A stretch of 64,000 bases of DNA from a candidate division FCPU426 bacterium (GTDB lineage Bacteria; Oederibacteriota; PGYV01; Palsa-1178): the NCBI GenBank assembly GCA_963840035.1, contig CAWIXE010000003.1, forward strand, positions 128,001 to 192,000, written 5' to 3'. Below the pieces are notes generated by a model. That model was not told where the DNA came from. It worked only from the letters and a program-made list of their open reading frames with translations, and ran no database searches. Position 1 is the stretch's first letter. Each line of letters begins with the position of its first letter. The position numbers and the translations under genes are program-made. Below are positions 48,688-59,145 of the stretch, in pieces.

Positions 48688-50559
48688 TTATGTTTTAATA
48701 CCGAGAAACTGCGCATTATAGAGTTCAGTGTAGAAGCCCTTTTCTTTAAGAAGCCCTTCATGTTTTCCTTTTTCGACTATCCTGCCATTGTTCATGACAA
48801 GTATTAATTCGGCGTCCTTTATGGTTGAAAGCCTGTGCGCTATCACAAAACTGGTCCTGCCTTTCATGAGTTCCAGCATTGCGTGCTGTATGAGCAGTTC
48901 CGTCCTTGTATCCACGCTGCTTGTGGCTTCGTCAAGTATAAGCATGGGCGGGGAGGCAAGTATTGCGCGCGCTATGGTGATGAGCTGTTTTTCGCCCTGG
49001 GAAATATTGGATGCCTCCTCATTGAGCAGGGTATTGTAACCCTCCGGAAGCGACCTGATGAAATGGTCAGCCCTGGCTATTTTCGCGGATTCAATGATAT
49101 CGTTTTCCGTGGCGCCGGGTTTGCCGTAAGCGATGTTTTCCCTTATAGTCCCGCTAAACAGCCAGGAATCCTGCAGCACCATGCCGAACATGCGGCGCAG
49201 GCTGCCGCGTTTCATGGATGAGATGTCAGCGCCGTCCACGCGTATTTTGCCGGACATCAAGTCGTAAAATCTCATAAGAAGGTTGACCAGCGTTGTTTTT
49301 CCCGCGCCGGTCGGGCCTACAATAGCTATGGTATGGCCGGGTTTTACGTCAAGGTCAAGGCCGTCAAAGAGTATTTTGTCTGCGGAATACCCGAACTTTA
49401 TATTTTCAAATGATACGGACCCGCGCGGTTTTTCCGGCGCATCAGGAAGGGCCGCGTCAGAAGGTTCTTCATCCTGGTTTAAGACCTCAAATATGCGCTC
49501 TGCCGAAGCAACCGCCGACTGCAGGGTGTTTATCATGCTGGCGCTTTGCGCCACGGGCTGGGTGAACATCCTGATGTACTGTATGAAAGCCTGTACGTCG
49601 CCGATCTCCATGGTCTTTTTTGCTGTCATAATGCCGCCCGCCACGCACACGGCAACGTAACCGAGGTTGTTTATAAAATTCATCACCGGGAATATGAAAC
49701 CTGATATGAACTGGGCCTTCCAGCCTGCGGCGTAAAGCCTGCTGTTTATTTCGTCAAACCTTTCAAGTGATTTTTTTTCATAGCAGAACGCGCGGACTAT
49801 AACCTGGCCCGAGAGCATTTCCTCAACATGGCTGTTCAGCTCGCCAAGGGATTTCTGCTGGGATACGTAATATTTCTGGGATTTTTTGGCAATGAACATG
49901 GTAAATCCGAATGAAAGCGGAAGGGTTATAATGGTGATGAGCGTAAGCAGCGGGCTTATGATGAGCATCATCACAACCGCGCCGATAATGCCGGTGAGGG
50001 CGCCCAAAAGCTGCGGTAGGCCCTGCTGAAGCGCATTGTTTACGTTATCGGAATCATTGGTTATCCTGCTCATGAGCTCGCCGTGCGTGTGTGTGTCAAA
50101 ATATTTTAACGGCAATCTTTCCAGTTTATTATCCAGGTCTTTGCGAAGTGTGTAAACTATTTTATTGGAGGCGCGGGAAAGTGACATCTGGGAGAAATAT
50201 GTAAAAACAGAGCTCAACAAGTAAAGTACGGCTAGGATTGATATCATCCTGGCGATATAGGACATGTCCATGGCAGACCCGCCTGATACGGACCTGAACA
50301 TGGAGTTTATGGCAAGGCCTATAAGCTTGGGCGCCGCGGTGGAAATGGCGGTGCTGAGCAAAATAAAAATGGCTGAAAGTATGAGCGTTGACGTGTAGGG
50401 TTTTAAATATCCAAACAGCCTTTTTAAAGTGCCCTTAAAATCTTTTGCTTTTTCCACGGGTCTTCCGAGGGCGCCCATGGGTCCACCGTGCCCGCCGCTT
50501 CCCGACCTCATCATGCCGGGCCTTACCACAGGCTGTGACGTGTTCTTTTTATCGCTCAT
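48688..50559 (-). CDS. Heterodimeric ABC exporter subunit (TM288-like)
   Basis: TMD + NBD: GPTGAGKT, ISQGEKQ, LDEATS, IAHRL. Confidence 0.92.
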   Translation of the reverse strand: MSDKKNTSQPVVRPGMMRSGSGGHGGPMGALGRPVEKAKDFKGTLKRLFGYLKPYTSTLILSAIFILLSTAISTAAPKLIGLAINSMFRSVSGGSAMDMSYIARMISILAVLYLLSSVFTYFSQMSLSRASNKIVYTLRKDLDNKLERLPLKYFDTHTHGELMSRITNDSDNVNNALQQGLPQLLGALTGIIGAVVMMLIISPLLTLITIITLPLSFGFTMFIAKKSQKYYVSQQKSLGELNSHVEEMLSGQVIVRAFCYEKKSLERFDEINSRLYAAGWKAQFISGFIFPVMNFINNLGYVAVCVAGGIMTAKKTMEIGDVQAFIQYIRMFTQPVAQSASMINTLQSAVASAERIFEVLNQDEEPSDAALPDAPEKPRGSVSFENIKFGYSADKILFDGLDLDVKPGHTIAIVGPTGAGKTTLVNLLMRFYDLMSGKIRVDGADISSMKRGSLRRMFGMVLQDSWLFSGTIRENIAYGKPGATENDIIESAKIARADHFIRSLPEGYNTLLNEEASNISQGEKQLITIARAILASPPMLILDEATSSVDTRTELLIQHAMLELMKGRTSFVIAHRLSTIKDAELILVMNNGRIVEKGKHEGLLKEKGFYTELYNAQFLGIKT

Positions 50560-52268
50560 GGCAGCTCCTCCAAGGAAAGCTGGGAGGAGACTATCTCGCG
50601 GTAAACCGGGCATGATTTCATCAGCTCTTTATGGCTGCCGTTTCCGGCTATGTTACCTTCATCAAGGACGATTATCCTGTCGGCGTCAAGTATCGAAGCC
50701 ACACGTTGGGCTATAATTAGAACGGCCGACCCGGCTGTTTCTTTCTTAAGGGCCGCGCGAAGGGCCGCGTCAGTCTTAAAATCAAGGGCTGAAAAGCTGT
50801 CGTCAAATATGTATATCCCGGGATTTTTCGCTATGGCGCGCGCTATGGACAGGCGTTGTTTCTGGCCGCCGGAAAGGTTCTTACCGCCCTGGGCGAGAAG
50901 TGAATTCTCTTTTTCAGCCATGGAATCTATAAAATCCGCTGATTGCGATACGGAAATAGCTTTATCTATGACGGCATTTCCTCCAAATGATATATTCTCC
51001 GCCACAGTGCCTGTGAAAAGAACGGTTTTCTGCGGGGTATAACCTATCCTTCGGCGCAATTCCTCCTGCTTAAATTCCCGTACATCTACTCCATCCACAA
51101 GCACACTGCCGGAAGCGGCGTCATAAAACCTGAGAGCCAGGTTGGCCAGCGTGGATTTGCCCGAGCCGGTGCCGCCGATGACGGCTGTAACTTCGCCTGT
51201 TGCGGCTGTGAATGAGATGCTGCATAAAGCAGGTTTCTCGGCGTTATGATACTTAAAGCTAACGTCCCTGAATTCGAGCGTGGACTTAAGTGGCGGAGTC
51301 ACGGGTTCTGCCGGGTCCTTTATTGAAGGTTCCATATCCAGTATTTCATTTATCCTGGCGGCTGAGACCTGGGAACGCGGTATGAGTATGAAAAGCATGG
51401 AGATCATCATGAGCGAAAAGAGAATGAGTGTGACGTATTGTATGAAGGCAAGAATGTCGCCCACGTTCATCTTACCGGCCCCAACCCGGAGGCCGCCGAA
51501 CCATATAATGGCAAGCATTGAAAAGCTCATTATCAGCATGATGACCGGCATGGAGGCGGACATAAGGCCGGCCAGCTTCAAAGCTGTGTCAGTGAGGTCC
51601 CGGCTCGCGGTGTCAAACCTTTTGCGCTCATATGACGTCCTGTCAAAGGCGCGGACCTCACGGACCCCGGTGAGTTTCTCCCTTATGACAAGGTTCAGGG
51701 CGTCCAGTTTTTTCTGCATTTTTTTAAAGAGAGGTATGGCAAAACGCTGTACCAGAATGATAGGGCCCGCGAGCAGGGGGATGGAAAAAGCCAGGACAAG
51801 AGACAGGTGCGCGTCCCTGGATACTGCCATTATGATGCCGCCTATGCTCATGAGCGGAGCCCTGAGCATCAGGGATAACATTATTATCAGGGTCTGCTGG
51901 ACCTGAATGACGTCGTTGGTGGTCCTTGTTATAAGCGAGGAAGTGCCGATCCTGTCAAACTCGCTTAAGGAAAATCCCGAGGCTTTTTCAAAGAGCATGG
52001 AGCGCAGCTTTGCGCTGAAACCAATTGACGTGCGCGAAGATAAATAGCTTGCCCCGAATGCGCAGAGCACGCCGAGTAAGGCAATGGCCATCATGAGCGC
52101 GCCTGTCTTAAAAATGAAGGGGATGTCGTTCTTGATGACGCCTTTGTTGACAATCTCAGCCATGAAAGTGGGAAGAGACAGGTCTATGAGCGCCTGGAAA
52201 AGAAAAAGTATAGTTATGATGACGATAGTGCCCGCGTAGGGTTTTAAGTGTTTGAAAAGCTTTAACAT
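50556..52268 (-). CDS. Heterodimeric ABC exporter subunit (TM287-like)
   Basis: GGTGSGKS, LSGGQKQR, degenerate Walker B FDDS and IAQR switch. Confidence 0.92.
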   Translation of the reverse strand: MLKLFKHLKPYAGTIVIITILFLFQALIDLSLPTFMAEIVNKGVIKNDIPFIFKTGALMMAIALLGVLCAFGASYLSSRTSIGFSAKLRSMLFEKASGFSLSEFDRIGTSSLITRTTNDVIQVQQTLIIMLSLMLRAPLMSIGGIIMAVSRDAHLSLVLAFSIPLLAGPIILVQRFAIPLFKKMQKKLDALNLVIREKLTGVREVRAFDRTSYERKRFDTASRDLTDTALKLAGLMSASMPVIMLIMSFSMLAIIWFGGLRVGAGKMNVGDILAFIQYVTLILFSLMMISMLFILIPRSQVSAARINEILDMEPSIKDPAEPVTPPLKSTLEFRDVSFKYHNAEKPALCSISFTAATGEVTAVIGGTGSGKSTLANLALRFYDAASGSVLVDGVDVREFKQEELRRRIGYTPQKTVLFTGTVAENISFGGNAVIDKAISVSQSADFIDSMAEKENSLLAQGGKNLSGGQKQRLSIARAIAKNPGIYIFDDSFSALDFKTDAALRAALKKETAGSAVLIIAQRVASILDADRIIVLDEGNIAGNGSHKELMKSCPVYREIVSSQLSLEELP

Positions 52269-52334
52269 AAGGGTCCTTTCAAATAGTGCGCAGGAAAGGT
52301 GTTTAATAATTGAATCCAAGGTCCGGCTTTTGCG

Positions 52335-52394
52335 CTTCGACAGGCTCAGCACATTACTTTTACAATTAAAGCACATCCTGAGCTTGCCGAAGGA
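52335..52394. repeat. CTTCGACAGGCTCAG...CTGAGCTTGCCGAAG palindromic element
   Basis: Inverted arms around an AT-rich spacer; abuts the truncated tRNA copy. Confidence 0.7.
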
Positions 52395-52755
52395 TGCTGC
52401 TCTGAGATGCCCTTGCGAGCTTCAAGCGAGCAAACATTAAATTAAGGGTCCACCTTCATCTCATCTTGCCGGCTACTGCCGGCATCCAACTGAGATACGG
52501 GCGCAAGGTGGAATAATAAGTGCTGGTACGCCCGAAGGGAGTCGAACCCCTGACCAACAGATTAGAAATCTGCTGCTCTGAGATGCCCTTGCGAGCTTCA
52601 AGCGAGCAAACATTAAATTAAGGGTCCACCTTCATCTCATCTTGCCGGCTACTGCCGGCATCCAACTGAGATACGGGCGCAAGGTGGAATAATAAGTGCT
52701 GGTACGCCCGAAGGGAGTCGAACCCCTGACCAACAGATTAGAAATCTGCTGCTCT
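52395..52755. repeat. Perfect 176-bp tandem duplication containing tRNA-Arg sequence
   Basis: Identical units 52395-52570 and 52571-52746, plus 9 nt. Confidence 0.92.
52524..52680 (-). pseudogene. tRNA-Arg(UCU) copy interrupted by an 80-nt insertion (52580-52659) in the D-loop
   Basis: Removing 52580-52659 gives a 77-nt tRNA identical to 52700-52776 except G10>U. Confidence 0.85.
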
Positions 52756-52776
52756 ATCCAACTGAGCTACGGGCGC
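52700..52776 (-). tRNA. tRNA-Arg(UCU)
   Basis: GCGCCCGTAGCTCAGTTGGATAGAGC...anticodon loop TT TCT AA...GTTCGACTC...ACCA. Confidence 0.95.
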
Positions 52777-52829
52777 AAAAAGCTTGTAAATAATATATTG
52801 ATTTTTGGCGCCTGACAAATAATTTTTTT

Positions 52830-52907
52830 TGGGGTGGCTAACGGGATTTGAACCCGCGACCCCAAGATCCACAATCTTGTGCTCTAACCAACTGAGCTAC
52901 AGCCACC
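52830..52907 (-). tRNA. tRNA-His(GUG)
   Basis: Encoded G-1, anticodon GTG, C discriminator, CCA. Confidence 0.95.
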
Positions 52908-52934
52908 ACCGTATCTTATTAGTGCGTTTTAGTA

Positions 52935-53010
52935 TGGTGCGCCTGGAGGGAATTGAACCCCCGCACATGGCTTCGGAGGCCAATGCTCTGATCCACTGAG
53001 CTACAGGCGC
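52935..53010 (-). tRNA. tRNA-Arg(CCG)
   Basis: Cloverleaf, anticodon loop CT CCG AA, CCA. Confidence 0.93.
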
Positions 53011-53126
53011 AAGTTAATTATTAATATTATACTGTAAATATTCCAAAAAATCCTTTAAAAAAGCGTTCTTCTACTATCACCTTTCTACTATCTACTCTCT
53101 CCAAATTTTCGGGTTTCATGAAAATT

Positions 53127-53203
<77 letters not shown>

Positions 53204-53469
53204 ATCTCATTAATTTTATATTATAAAGAAGAATCGGGGTGTGTACGGGAAAACCATTAGTATTACCTTCATTAATGTCATTTTCCCGGACTACACCCAA
53301 CGACGGTTTCAATATAATACACAATACAAGACATTGAAAATTACATAAGAATATAACAAAATCAGCCTGTAACGTCAATATATATAATAAATGAAGAAAA
53401 TGCGATTTTTTACTTGTATTTTTATGTAAAAATATATAAAATAGGTATTCCAATAGAGTCAATAAAGGT

Positions 53470-53544
53470 GGGCAGTTAGCTCAGTGGTAGAGCAGTTGAC
53501 TCTTAATCAATTGGCCGAGGGTTCGACTCCCTCACTGCCCACCA
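53470..53544 (+). tRNA. tRNA-Lys(CUU)
   Basis: GGGCAGT acceptor stem, anticodon loop CT CTT AA, CCA. Confidence 0.95.
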
Positions 53545-53648
53545 AATTTTCCAGCCGGCCTCATGCGTCAATTTACCTTGCTCAATTCCGATTAATAGAA
53601 AGACAGGTTTTGTTTGCATAAATTCCAAATCATAAAGGAAATAATGTT

Positions 53649-54515
53649 ATGATAAAAAAAATACAGCGGTTAATAATAAAAGTAATTGATATGTATAAAA
53701 ATGATGGCCCGGTATGGTTGATCGCGCTGATACTGGATGTGTTGTGGGAGAAAATCCGTAGCCCTTTTAAATTACAGTCAATCAAAGTCCCGCATATAAC
53801 AAGACAAATGAACCAGACCATAGGTGTTGTAATACCCTGCAAAAATCATGCCGAATATTTAATCGAAGCAATAGATTCCGTGTATTCCAATAAAACGGAA
53901 ATTGTCATCCACTCAGTTATTGTAAATGACGGCAGTACCGACGACACTGATAAAAAAGCCGCTATGATTATGGAAAAATATCCCAATGTACAATATGTTT
54001 ATCACCCGCAAAGCATGGGTTTGCCTGCTGCAAGAAACGCCGGAATTAGCAAATTGAATACCGACTATATCTTGTGTTTGGACGCGGATGATAAAATACC
54101 CGACAACTATATCCAGTCGTGTTGCGAGCTATTGGCAACATGCGACATAGCGTATAACAACATGCAGTGTTTTGGGGCAAGTGACAGACTGTGCCGCGTT
54201 CCTGAATTTAATAAAACATTTTTAAAACGTCAGAATTTCATTCATTGCAGCGCTATTTACCGTAAAAGCATGTGGAGCAAGTTAAATGGATATGATGAAA
54301 CAATGAAAATCGGCTGGGAGGATTATGAGTTTTGGATACACGCATATCTAAATGGTTATACCTTCCGTAAAAATCATGACACTTTCCTTTACTACAGAAA
54401 ACATAAAAGCAGCCTTCTAACAACGTCAATTATGAATGCTCCAAAATTGCAGGGTTATTTGAAAAGTAAATATCCCGATTTTTACATAGGCAAAAATAGC
54501 GTGATAAGTTCGTAA
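53649..54515 (+). CDS. Glycosyltransferase family 2 (AT-rich)
   Basis: VVIPCKN, VNDGSTD, ARNAG, LDADD, WEDYEFW. Confidence 0.9.
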   Translation: MIKKIQRLIIKVIDMYKNDGPVWLIALILDVLWEKIRSPFKLQSIKVPHITRQMNQTIGVVIPCKNHAEYLIEAIDSVYSNKTEIVIHSVIVNDGSTDDTDKKAAMIMEKYPNVQYVYHPQSMGLPAARNAGISKLNTDYILCLDADDKIPDNYIQSCCELLATCDIAYNNMQCFGASDRLCRVPEFNKTFLKRQNFIHCSAIYRKSMWSKLNGYDETMKIGWEDYEFWIHAYLNGYTFRKNHDTFLYYRKHKSSLLTTSIMNAPKLQGYLKSKYPDFYIGKNSVISS

Positions 54516-54653
54516 CAAATTTACAAACATATAGATTCAATGAAAATACAATCACAAACAAAATGATTAAAACGTTCTTTTTAAATTCTATTTGAAATGA
54601 ACCGGTGAGAAAAACTAAAAAGCATAAATACGGATTTATCAACAGTTTTTATT

Positions 54654-55328
54654 TTAAATAAACTTCAGCTTCTTAATCTGTGTTATGACAAATTTCATGA
54701 TGGGATTTTTTTTGATGATGTTAAGAAACTTCTCCCTGTTACTTTGCCAAGAATATGCCCACCAATGAATGGAATATGTTTTGTCTGTTATTTTGCCGGG
54801 ATCATACATTTCATTATAATAAAAAGGGTAGAAATATTCCCGCTCATAAATCTTGACGGCTTTTCTTTCCTCGCTGTCCTGAAGCTTATAAACTTCAGTT
54901 ATGATGTTTGGCAGGGTATCAAATTTTCTTAACCCCTGATATTTTAATATGCACTTTTTTAAAAAGCTATTATTTTTCTTTGAACCTATTACGGCGCCAT
55001 TAATGATATTGTCTGCTTCATATCCAAGAAATATATTATTGCGTAATAATGCATCAAAATTTTTCATTACTTCCACGTCCGTATCAAAATATAAGCCGCC
55101 GAATTCATTTAGTATTTTGAGCCTGGCATAGTCGCTTGCAAAAGCCCATTTTTTTTCTGCGGCTGCTTTTTTTGTATAATAAATTGAATTGACGTCAAAA
55201 TTCGTTTCGTTCCACTCAATTATATCGTAATCCGGCATGTATTTTTTCCATGATTCAATGCATTTGGTGTGCAATGAATTCTTTAAAGATTTTCCAAACC
55301 AACAATAATGTATGATTTTAGGAATCAA
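54654..55328 (-). CDS. DXD-motif glycosyltransferase (GT32/OCH1-like)
   Basis: IPKIIHYCWFG, WAFASDYARL, GGLYFDTDVE, HWWAYSW. Confidence 0.92.
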   Translation of the reverse strand: MIPKIIHYCWFGKSLKNSLHTKCIESWKKYMPDYDIIEWNETNFDVNSIYYTKKAAAEKKWAFASDYARLKILNEFGGLYFDTDVEVMKNFDALLRNNIFLGYEADNIINGAVIGSKKNNSFLKKCILKYQGLRKFDTLPNIITEVYKLQDSEERKAVKIYEREYFYPFYYNEMYDPGKITDKTYSIHWWAYSWQSNREKFLNIIKKNPIMKFVITQIKKLKFI

Positions 55329-55651
55329 TATTGCTCACCCCGATCATATTCGCAGTAGTATCCTCAAACAATGATTAATTGCATTGAATTATATCAGACA
55401 TAAGAATTTTTATAAAGCGTATTCTTATTAATCGGTGCCGCCGCGGAACAATTAAAAACAGCCGTTAATCTTTATGCGCGATATGACGATATTTGCGAAG
55501 GGCCGTATAACGTATTTTTAATTTTGATTGCGTATTTTTAAAATTACTATATAATATTAACGATTATTCGGTTTTAAACCGCTATTTTACATATGGAATT
55601 AGCTTTGATTTTTGGTATAAGATTCATTTTAAAAACACATAAGGGGTCTTC

Positions 55652-57505
55652 ATGGGAAAAAAATCAGCACCGTCCAAATCTCCCGTAAAATCAAAAACAG
55701 CGCACAGGCGCATCATCATTTTAATCGGCATTATAGCGACGGTTTTTTCGGTCATTATTACCCGTATCGGTATTTTCAGCACACTTGAGGACAGGTCCAT
55801 AGACTGGCGTTTTAAGGCCAGGGGGCCGGTAGCGGTCAAGGCGCCGGTGGTTATCGTGGCCATAGACGATGAGTCCTTTGACAAAATGCCTGAGCGCTGG
55901 ACCTGGCCGAGGAGCTTCTATTCCAAAGCGGTGCAGAACCTGAAAAAGTGGGGGGCAAAAGCAGTGGCCTTCGATGTGGTCTATTCTGAACCCACCACAT
56001 CCAACCCGAAGGAAGACGACGCCTTTGCCGCCGGAATCAAAAAAGTTAACAACGTTATCCTCGGCATGAGGTTCATATTTACCTCAAATGAAAAAGGCGA
56101 GTCCACCACGCTGGAACTGCCCATTGACAAGCTTAAAATCGCTTCCAGGGCAGTCGGGCTTGTTCACCATGTTTTTGACACGGATACGCACGTAAGAAAA
56201 AGCTATCTGCGCCTGGATTACCAGGGCAAGAAATATTTCTCCCTTATGCTCCGCACGCTTGGGGTTTATTACGGCCTGAAAGAAAAAGACATGGCAATGG
56301 GCGGCGGTTTTCTCACCTGGGGAGATATGAAGCTGCCTGTCTATGAAGGCAATAAGTTCTTCATTAATTATTCCGGGCCTCCTGGGACCATGCCGACAAT
56401 CCCTTTTTATAAGGTATACTATGGCGAAAACATCAAACCGGAAACATTTAAGGACAAGATAGTCTTAATCGGCGCGACCTCCGACATCCTGCACGACGTG
56501 TTCATAACCCCGTTCTCGGAATCAGGCAACATGATGCCAGGGGTTGAAATACACGCCAATGTTTTAAACACTATATTTTCCAAAAATTTCATAACGGAAA
56601 TGGATGATATTTCAGGGTTCCTGCTGGTCCTTATAATAGGAATTGTTACAAGCTTCCTTATATTCAGCATACCCACGCTGCAGGGTATGGCTGTTGTCGC
56701 TGCTGAGATATTTATATACCTGTTTTTAACGCGCTATTTCTTTGATAAACATAATTTTATCATAGATCTGGTAGACCCCATATTTACCATGGTTTTTTGT
56801 TATCTGACAATGAGCACTTATAAAGTGGCCGTGGAAGAAAAGGAAAAAAGGAAAATTAAGGATGTTTTTTCCAGGTATGTGTCTTCGAACCTGGTTGAGG
56901 AGCTTTTAAACCAGGAAATCAAGCTAGGCGGCGAGAAAAAAGAGATATCCGTGCTTTTCTCCGATATCCGCGGGTTTACATCGATGTCGGAAAAGATGCA
57001 GCCGGAAGAAGTGGTAGCCATACTTAACGAGTACTTAACCGAGATGACGGATACTATTTTCAAGAATATGGGCACGCTGGATAAGTTCATCGGCGACGCG
57101 GTCATGGCCCTTTTCGGCACGCCGGCGTTTTACAAGGACCACGCCCTGCGCGCGTTAAAGACCGCGTTTATGATGAAGGGCCGGCTAAATGACCTGAATG
57201 AAAAGTGGATTTCCGAAGGTAAAAACACCCTGCGCATCGGCATCGGCATCAATACCGGCGAAGTTATCGCGGGCAATATGGGGTCCATGAAAAGGATGGA
57301 ATACACGGTCATAGGCGACACCGTAAACCTCGCGTCCAGGCTGGAATCGCTTAACAAGGACCTGGGAACGGAAATAATAATCAGCTCATCCACATATGAA
57401 CAGGTAAAGGACTATGTGAAAGTAAAGAAGTTTACAGACATTAAGGTCAAAGGCAAGGAAGAATACCTTACTGTCTATGAAGCGCTGGAACTTATAAATC
57501 AATAG
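55652..57505 (+). CDS. CHASE2-domain class III adenylate cyclase
   Basis: VAIDDES, WPRS, PGVEIHA, 3 TM, FSDIRGFT, DKFIGDAVM, YTVIGDTVNLASRLE. Confidence 0.93.
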   Translation: MGKKSAPSKSPVKSKTAHRRIIILIGIIATVFSVIITRIGIFSTLEDRSIDWRFKARGPVAVKAPVVIVAIDDESFDKMPERWTWPRSFYSKAVQNLKKWGAKAVAFDVVYSEPTTSNPKEDDAFAAGIKKVNNVILGMRFIFTSNEKGESTTLELPIDKLKIASRAVGLVHHVFDTDTHVRKSYLRLDYQGKKYFSLMLRTLGVYYGLKEKDMAMGGGFLTWGDMKLPVYEGNKFFINYSGPPGTMPTIPFYKVYYGENIKPETFKDKIVLIGATSDILHDVFITPFSESGNMMPGVEIHANVLNTIFSKNFITEMDDISGFLLVLIIGIVTSFLIFSIPTLQGMAVVAAEIFIYLFLTRYFFDKHNFIIDLVDPIFTMVFCYLTMSTYKVAVEEKEKRKIKDVFSRYVSSNLVEELLNQEIKLGGEKKEISVLFSDIRGFTSMSEKMQPEEVVAILNEYLTEMTDTIFKNMGTLDKFIGDAVMALFGTPAFYKDHALRALKTAFMMKGRLNDLNEKWISEGKNTLRIGIGINTGEVIAGNMGSMKRMEYTVIGDTVNLASRLESLNKDLGTEIIISSSTYEQVKDYVKVKKFTDIKVKGKEEYLTVYEALELINQ

Positions 57506-57568
57506 GAATGCGAAGCGGCGTCATATCCGCCCCATGCGCAGATACGTAATAAATCCCGGAGGCAGTCT

Positions 57569-58693
57569 ATGAAAAAAACAGCATGTTTTATTTTTTTACT
57601 TATTCTTTCCTCGGCTTTATACGGAGCGGCCAATGACTGCGCCTGCGCCATATACCCGGCAATGGAAGTTTTAAAATCCGGTTATAAGGCCGCGGGTCCC
57701 TCTGATTCCGTCCTTTCAATCAACGGCAGCAGGTTCTACCTTAAAAAAGGTTCTGAAATAAAGGTGGAAAATTGCGGAAAACCAAAGCAGCGGGTGATAC
57801 TGGTAAAGGGAAGCGTGCTGGTAATATCGCCGCAGGCAGCAGCGGAAGTAAAATCCGGGGACATTGTCATAAAAACCAGAAATGCTGTTTTCTTTGTTGA
57901 TGAAAATACAGCAAAAGTCTACCAGGGATCTTTCAGATATACAGGCAGGAAAGGATCCTTCGCTGTTGCCCAGGGAAATAGCGTTAATTTTAAAACGAAT
58001 AAAATATTTGTTCTTTATGATTCTTCCGGAACCGCACCTGAGGATTGGGCTGACGGTATATTGGATAAGTGGAAGGTTGTAATTGCATTTATACCCGAAA
58101 TGGAGCAAAAATACCGCCCACAGGCAGAGGCGTTTTTTAGGTCCGCTTTCAGCGGTTATTTTTTTAACAGGCTGATAAGCTACAAGTATAACAAAAATGA
58201 GGCTCCGGATTTTAATGTTAAAATAAATGGCGATATAGATGAAAAGAATCAGGTTAAGGTTAAGGCAGTAATTGAGAATACAGCTACAGGCGGTATTACA
58301 GCCATTGTTCAGGAAAATCAGGGAGCGGCAGGCAATGATGATAAGGCGAAAAATGATGCCATGCAGACGGCATTGATAAAGGCGGCGGCCGGGGTCGGGG
58401 AGAAAATAAATTCATATTATCAGGAAGTAATCAGGTCAGGTACAGCCGTTTACATTGAGCTTTCAGGGTTAAATCAGGAACAATATGATGAAATAAAGGA
58501 ATCTATTTCAGGGGTGCCAGGAATAAACATCATAAAAGAAAGGGCTTTTTACGGACAAAAGAGGATTATTGAGGTGAATTACCCGGGGACAGGCGCGGAT
58601 CTGACTTTTATAATAAATGGCATGTCTTTCAAAAAAAGTTCAATAAATATATGGAAATATTCGCAAAATGTAGTAAAATTAAGTAAAATATAG
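57569..58693 (+). CDS. Exported protein with FecR-like N-terminal domain
   Basis: Signal peptide, NGSRFYL...LVKG...VYQGS pattern; follows the CHASE2 cyclase. Confidence 0.55.
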   Translation: MKKTACFIFLLILSSALYGAANDCACAIYPAMEVLKSGYKAAGPSDSVLSINGSRFYLKKGSEIKVENCGKPKQRVILVKGSVLVISPQAAAEVKSGDIVIKTRNAVFFVDENTAKVYQGSFRYTGRKGSFAVAQGNSVNFKTNKIFVLYDSSGTAPEDWADGILDKWKVVIAFIPEMEQKYRPQAEAFFRSAFSGYFFNRLISYKYNKNEAPDFNVKINGDIDEKNQVKVKAVIENTATGGITAIVQENQGAAGNDDKAKNDAMQTALIKAAAGVGEKINSYYQEVIRSGTAVYIELSGLNQEQYDEIKESISGVPGINIIKERAFYGQKRIIEVNYPGTGADLTFIINGMSFKKSSINIWKYSQNVVKLSKI

Positions 58694-58892
58694 CATTTTT
58701 GCCTATAGATGCTTAAAAAACAGCTTAATGCTGCGCAGGATAATTGTTTCTATTTTTTTGTTGTTATTATAATAGTTATGCTATCCATCTTCCTCCCCTT
58801 TCCAAGGGGAGGACACAGGTGGGGATGAAGTTAAATGCTGTTGGTTCTTTGTTGTAACATATTGATGCTGTATTTGAGTCTTTATGTTAGGT

Positions 58893-58972
58893 TGTGCCCG
58901 CCACAGACCTGTTTTATTTATGGATTGCGCAGTAGCGCAGGCCGTAAATAAAACAGGTCTGCAGAGGGCACA
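58893..58972. other. Long near-perfect hairpin upstream of tRNA-Leu
   Basis: tgtgccc..cagacctgttttatttatgg..gcgc agta gcgc..ccgtaaataaaacaggtctg..gggcaca. Confidence 0.75.
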
Positions 58973-59060
58973 AGTGAACGGAAAAAAAGGCTATCCCCAC
59001 CCTGGCCCTCCCCTTATGAATAAGGGGAGGGAAAAGGTAGATAAACCTTTTATGATAGGA

Positions 59061-59145
59061 GCGAGCATGGTGAAATTGGCAGACACGCCAGACTTAGGAT
59101 CTGGTGCCGCAAGGCGTGGGGGTTCAAGTCCCTCTGCTCGCACCA
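59061..59145 (+). tRNA. tRNA-Leu(UAG)
   Basis: Anticodon loop CT TAG GA, long variable arm, CCA; upstream of tig. Confidence 0.95.

Noticed and set aside
48688..52268. Degenerate ATPase motifs in the ABC pair as a novelty
   Set aside because: One degenerate site is the normal state of TM287/288-type heterodimeric exporters.
52580..52659. Group I intron or archaeal BHB intron in tRNA-Arg
   Set aside because: Too short for a group I core and not in the anticodon loop; the junctions do not form a 3-4-3 bulge-helix-bulge.
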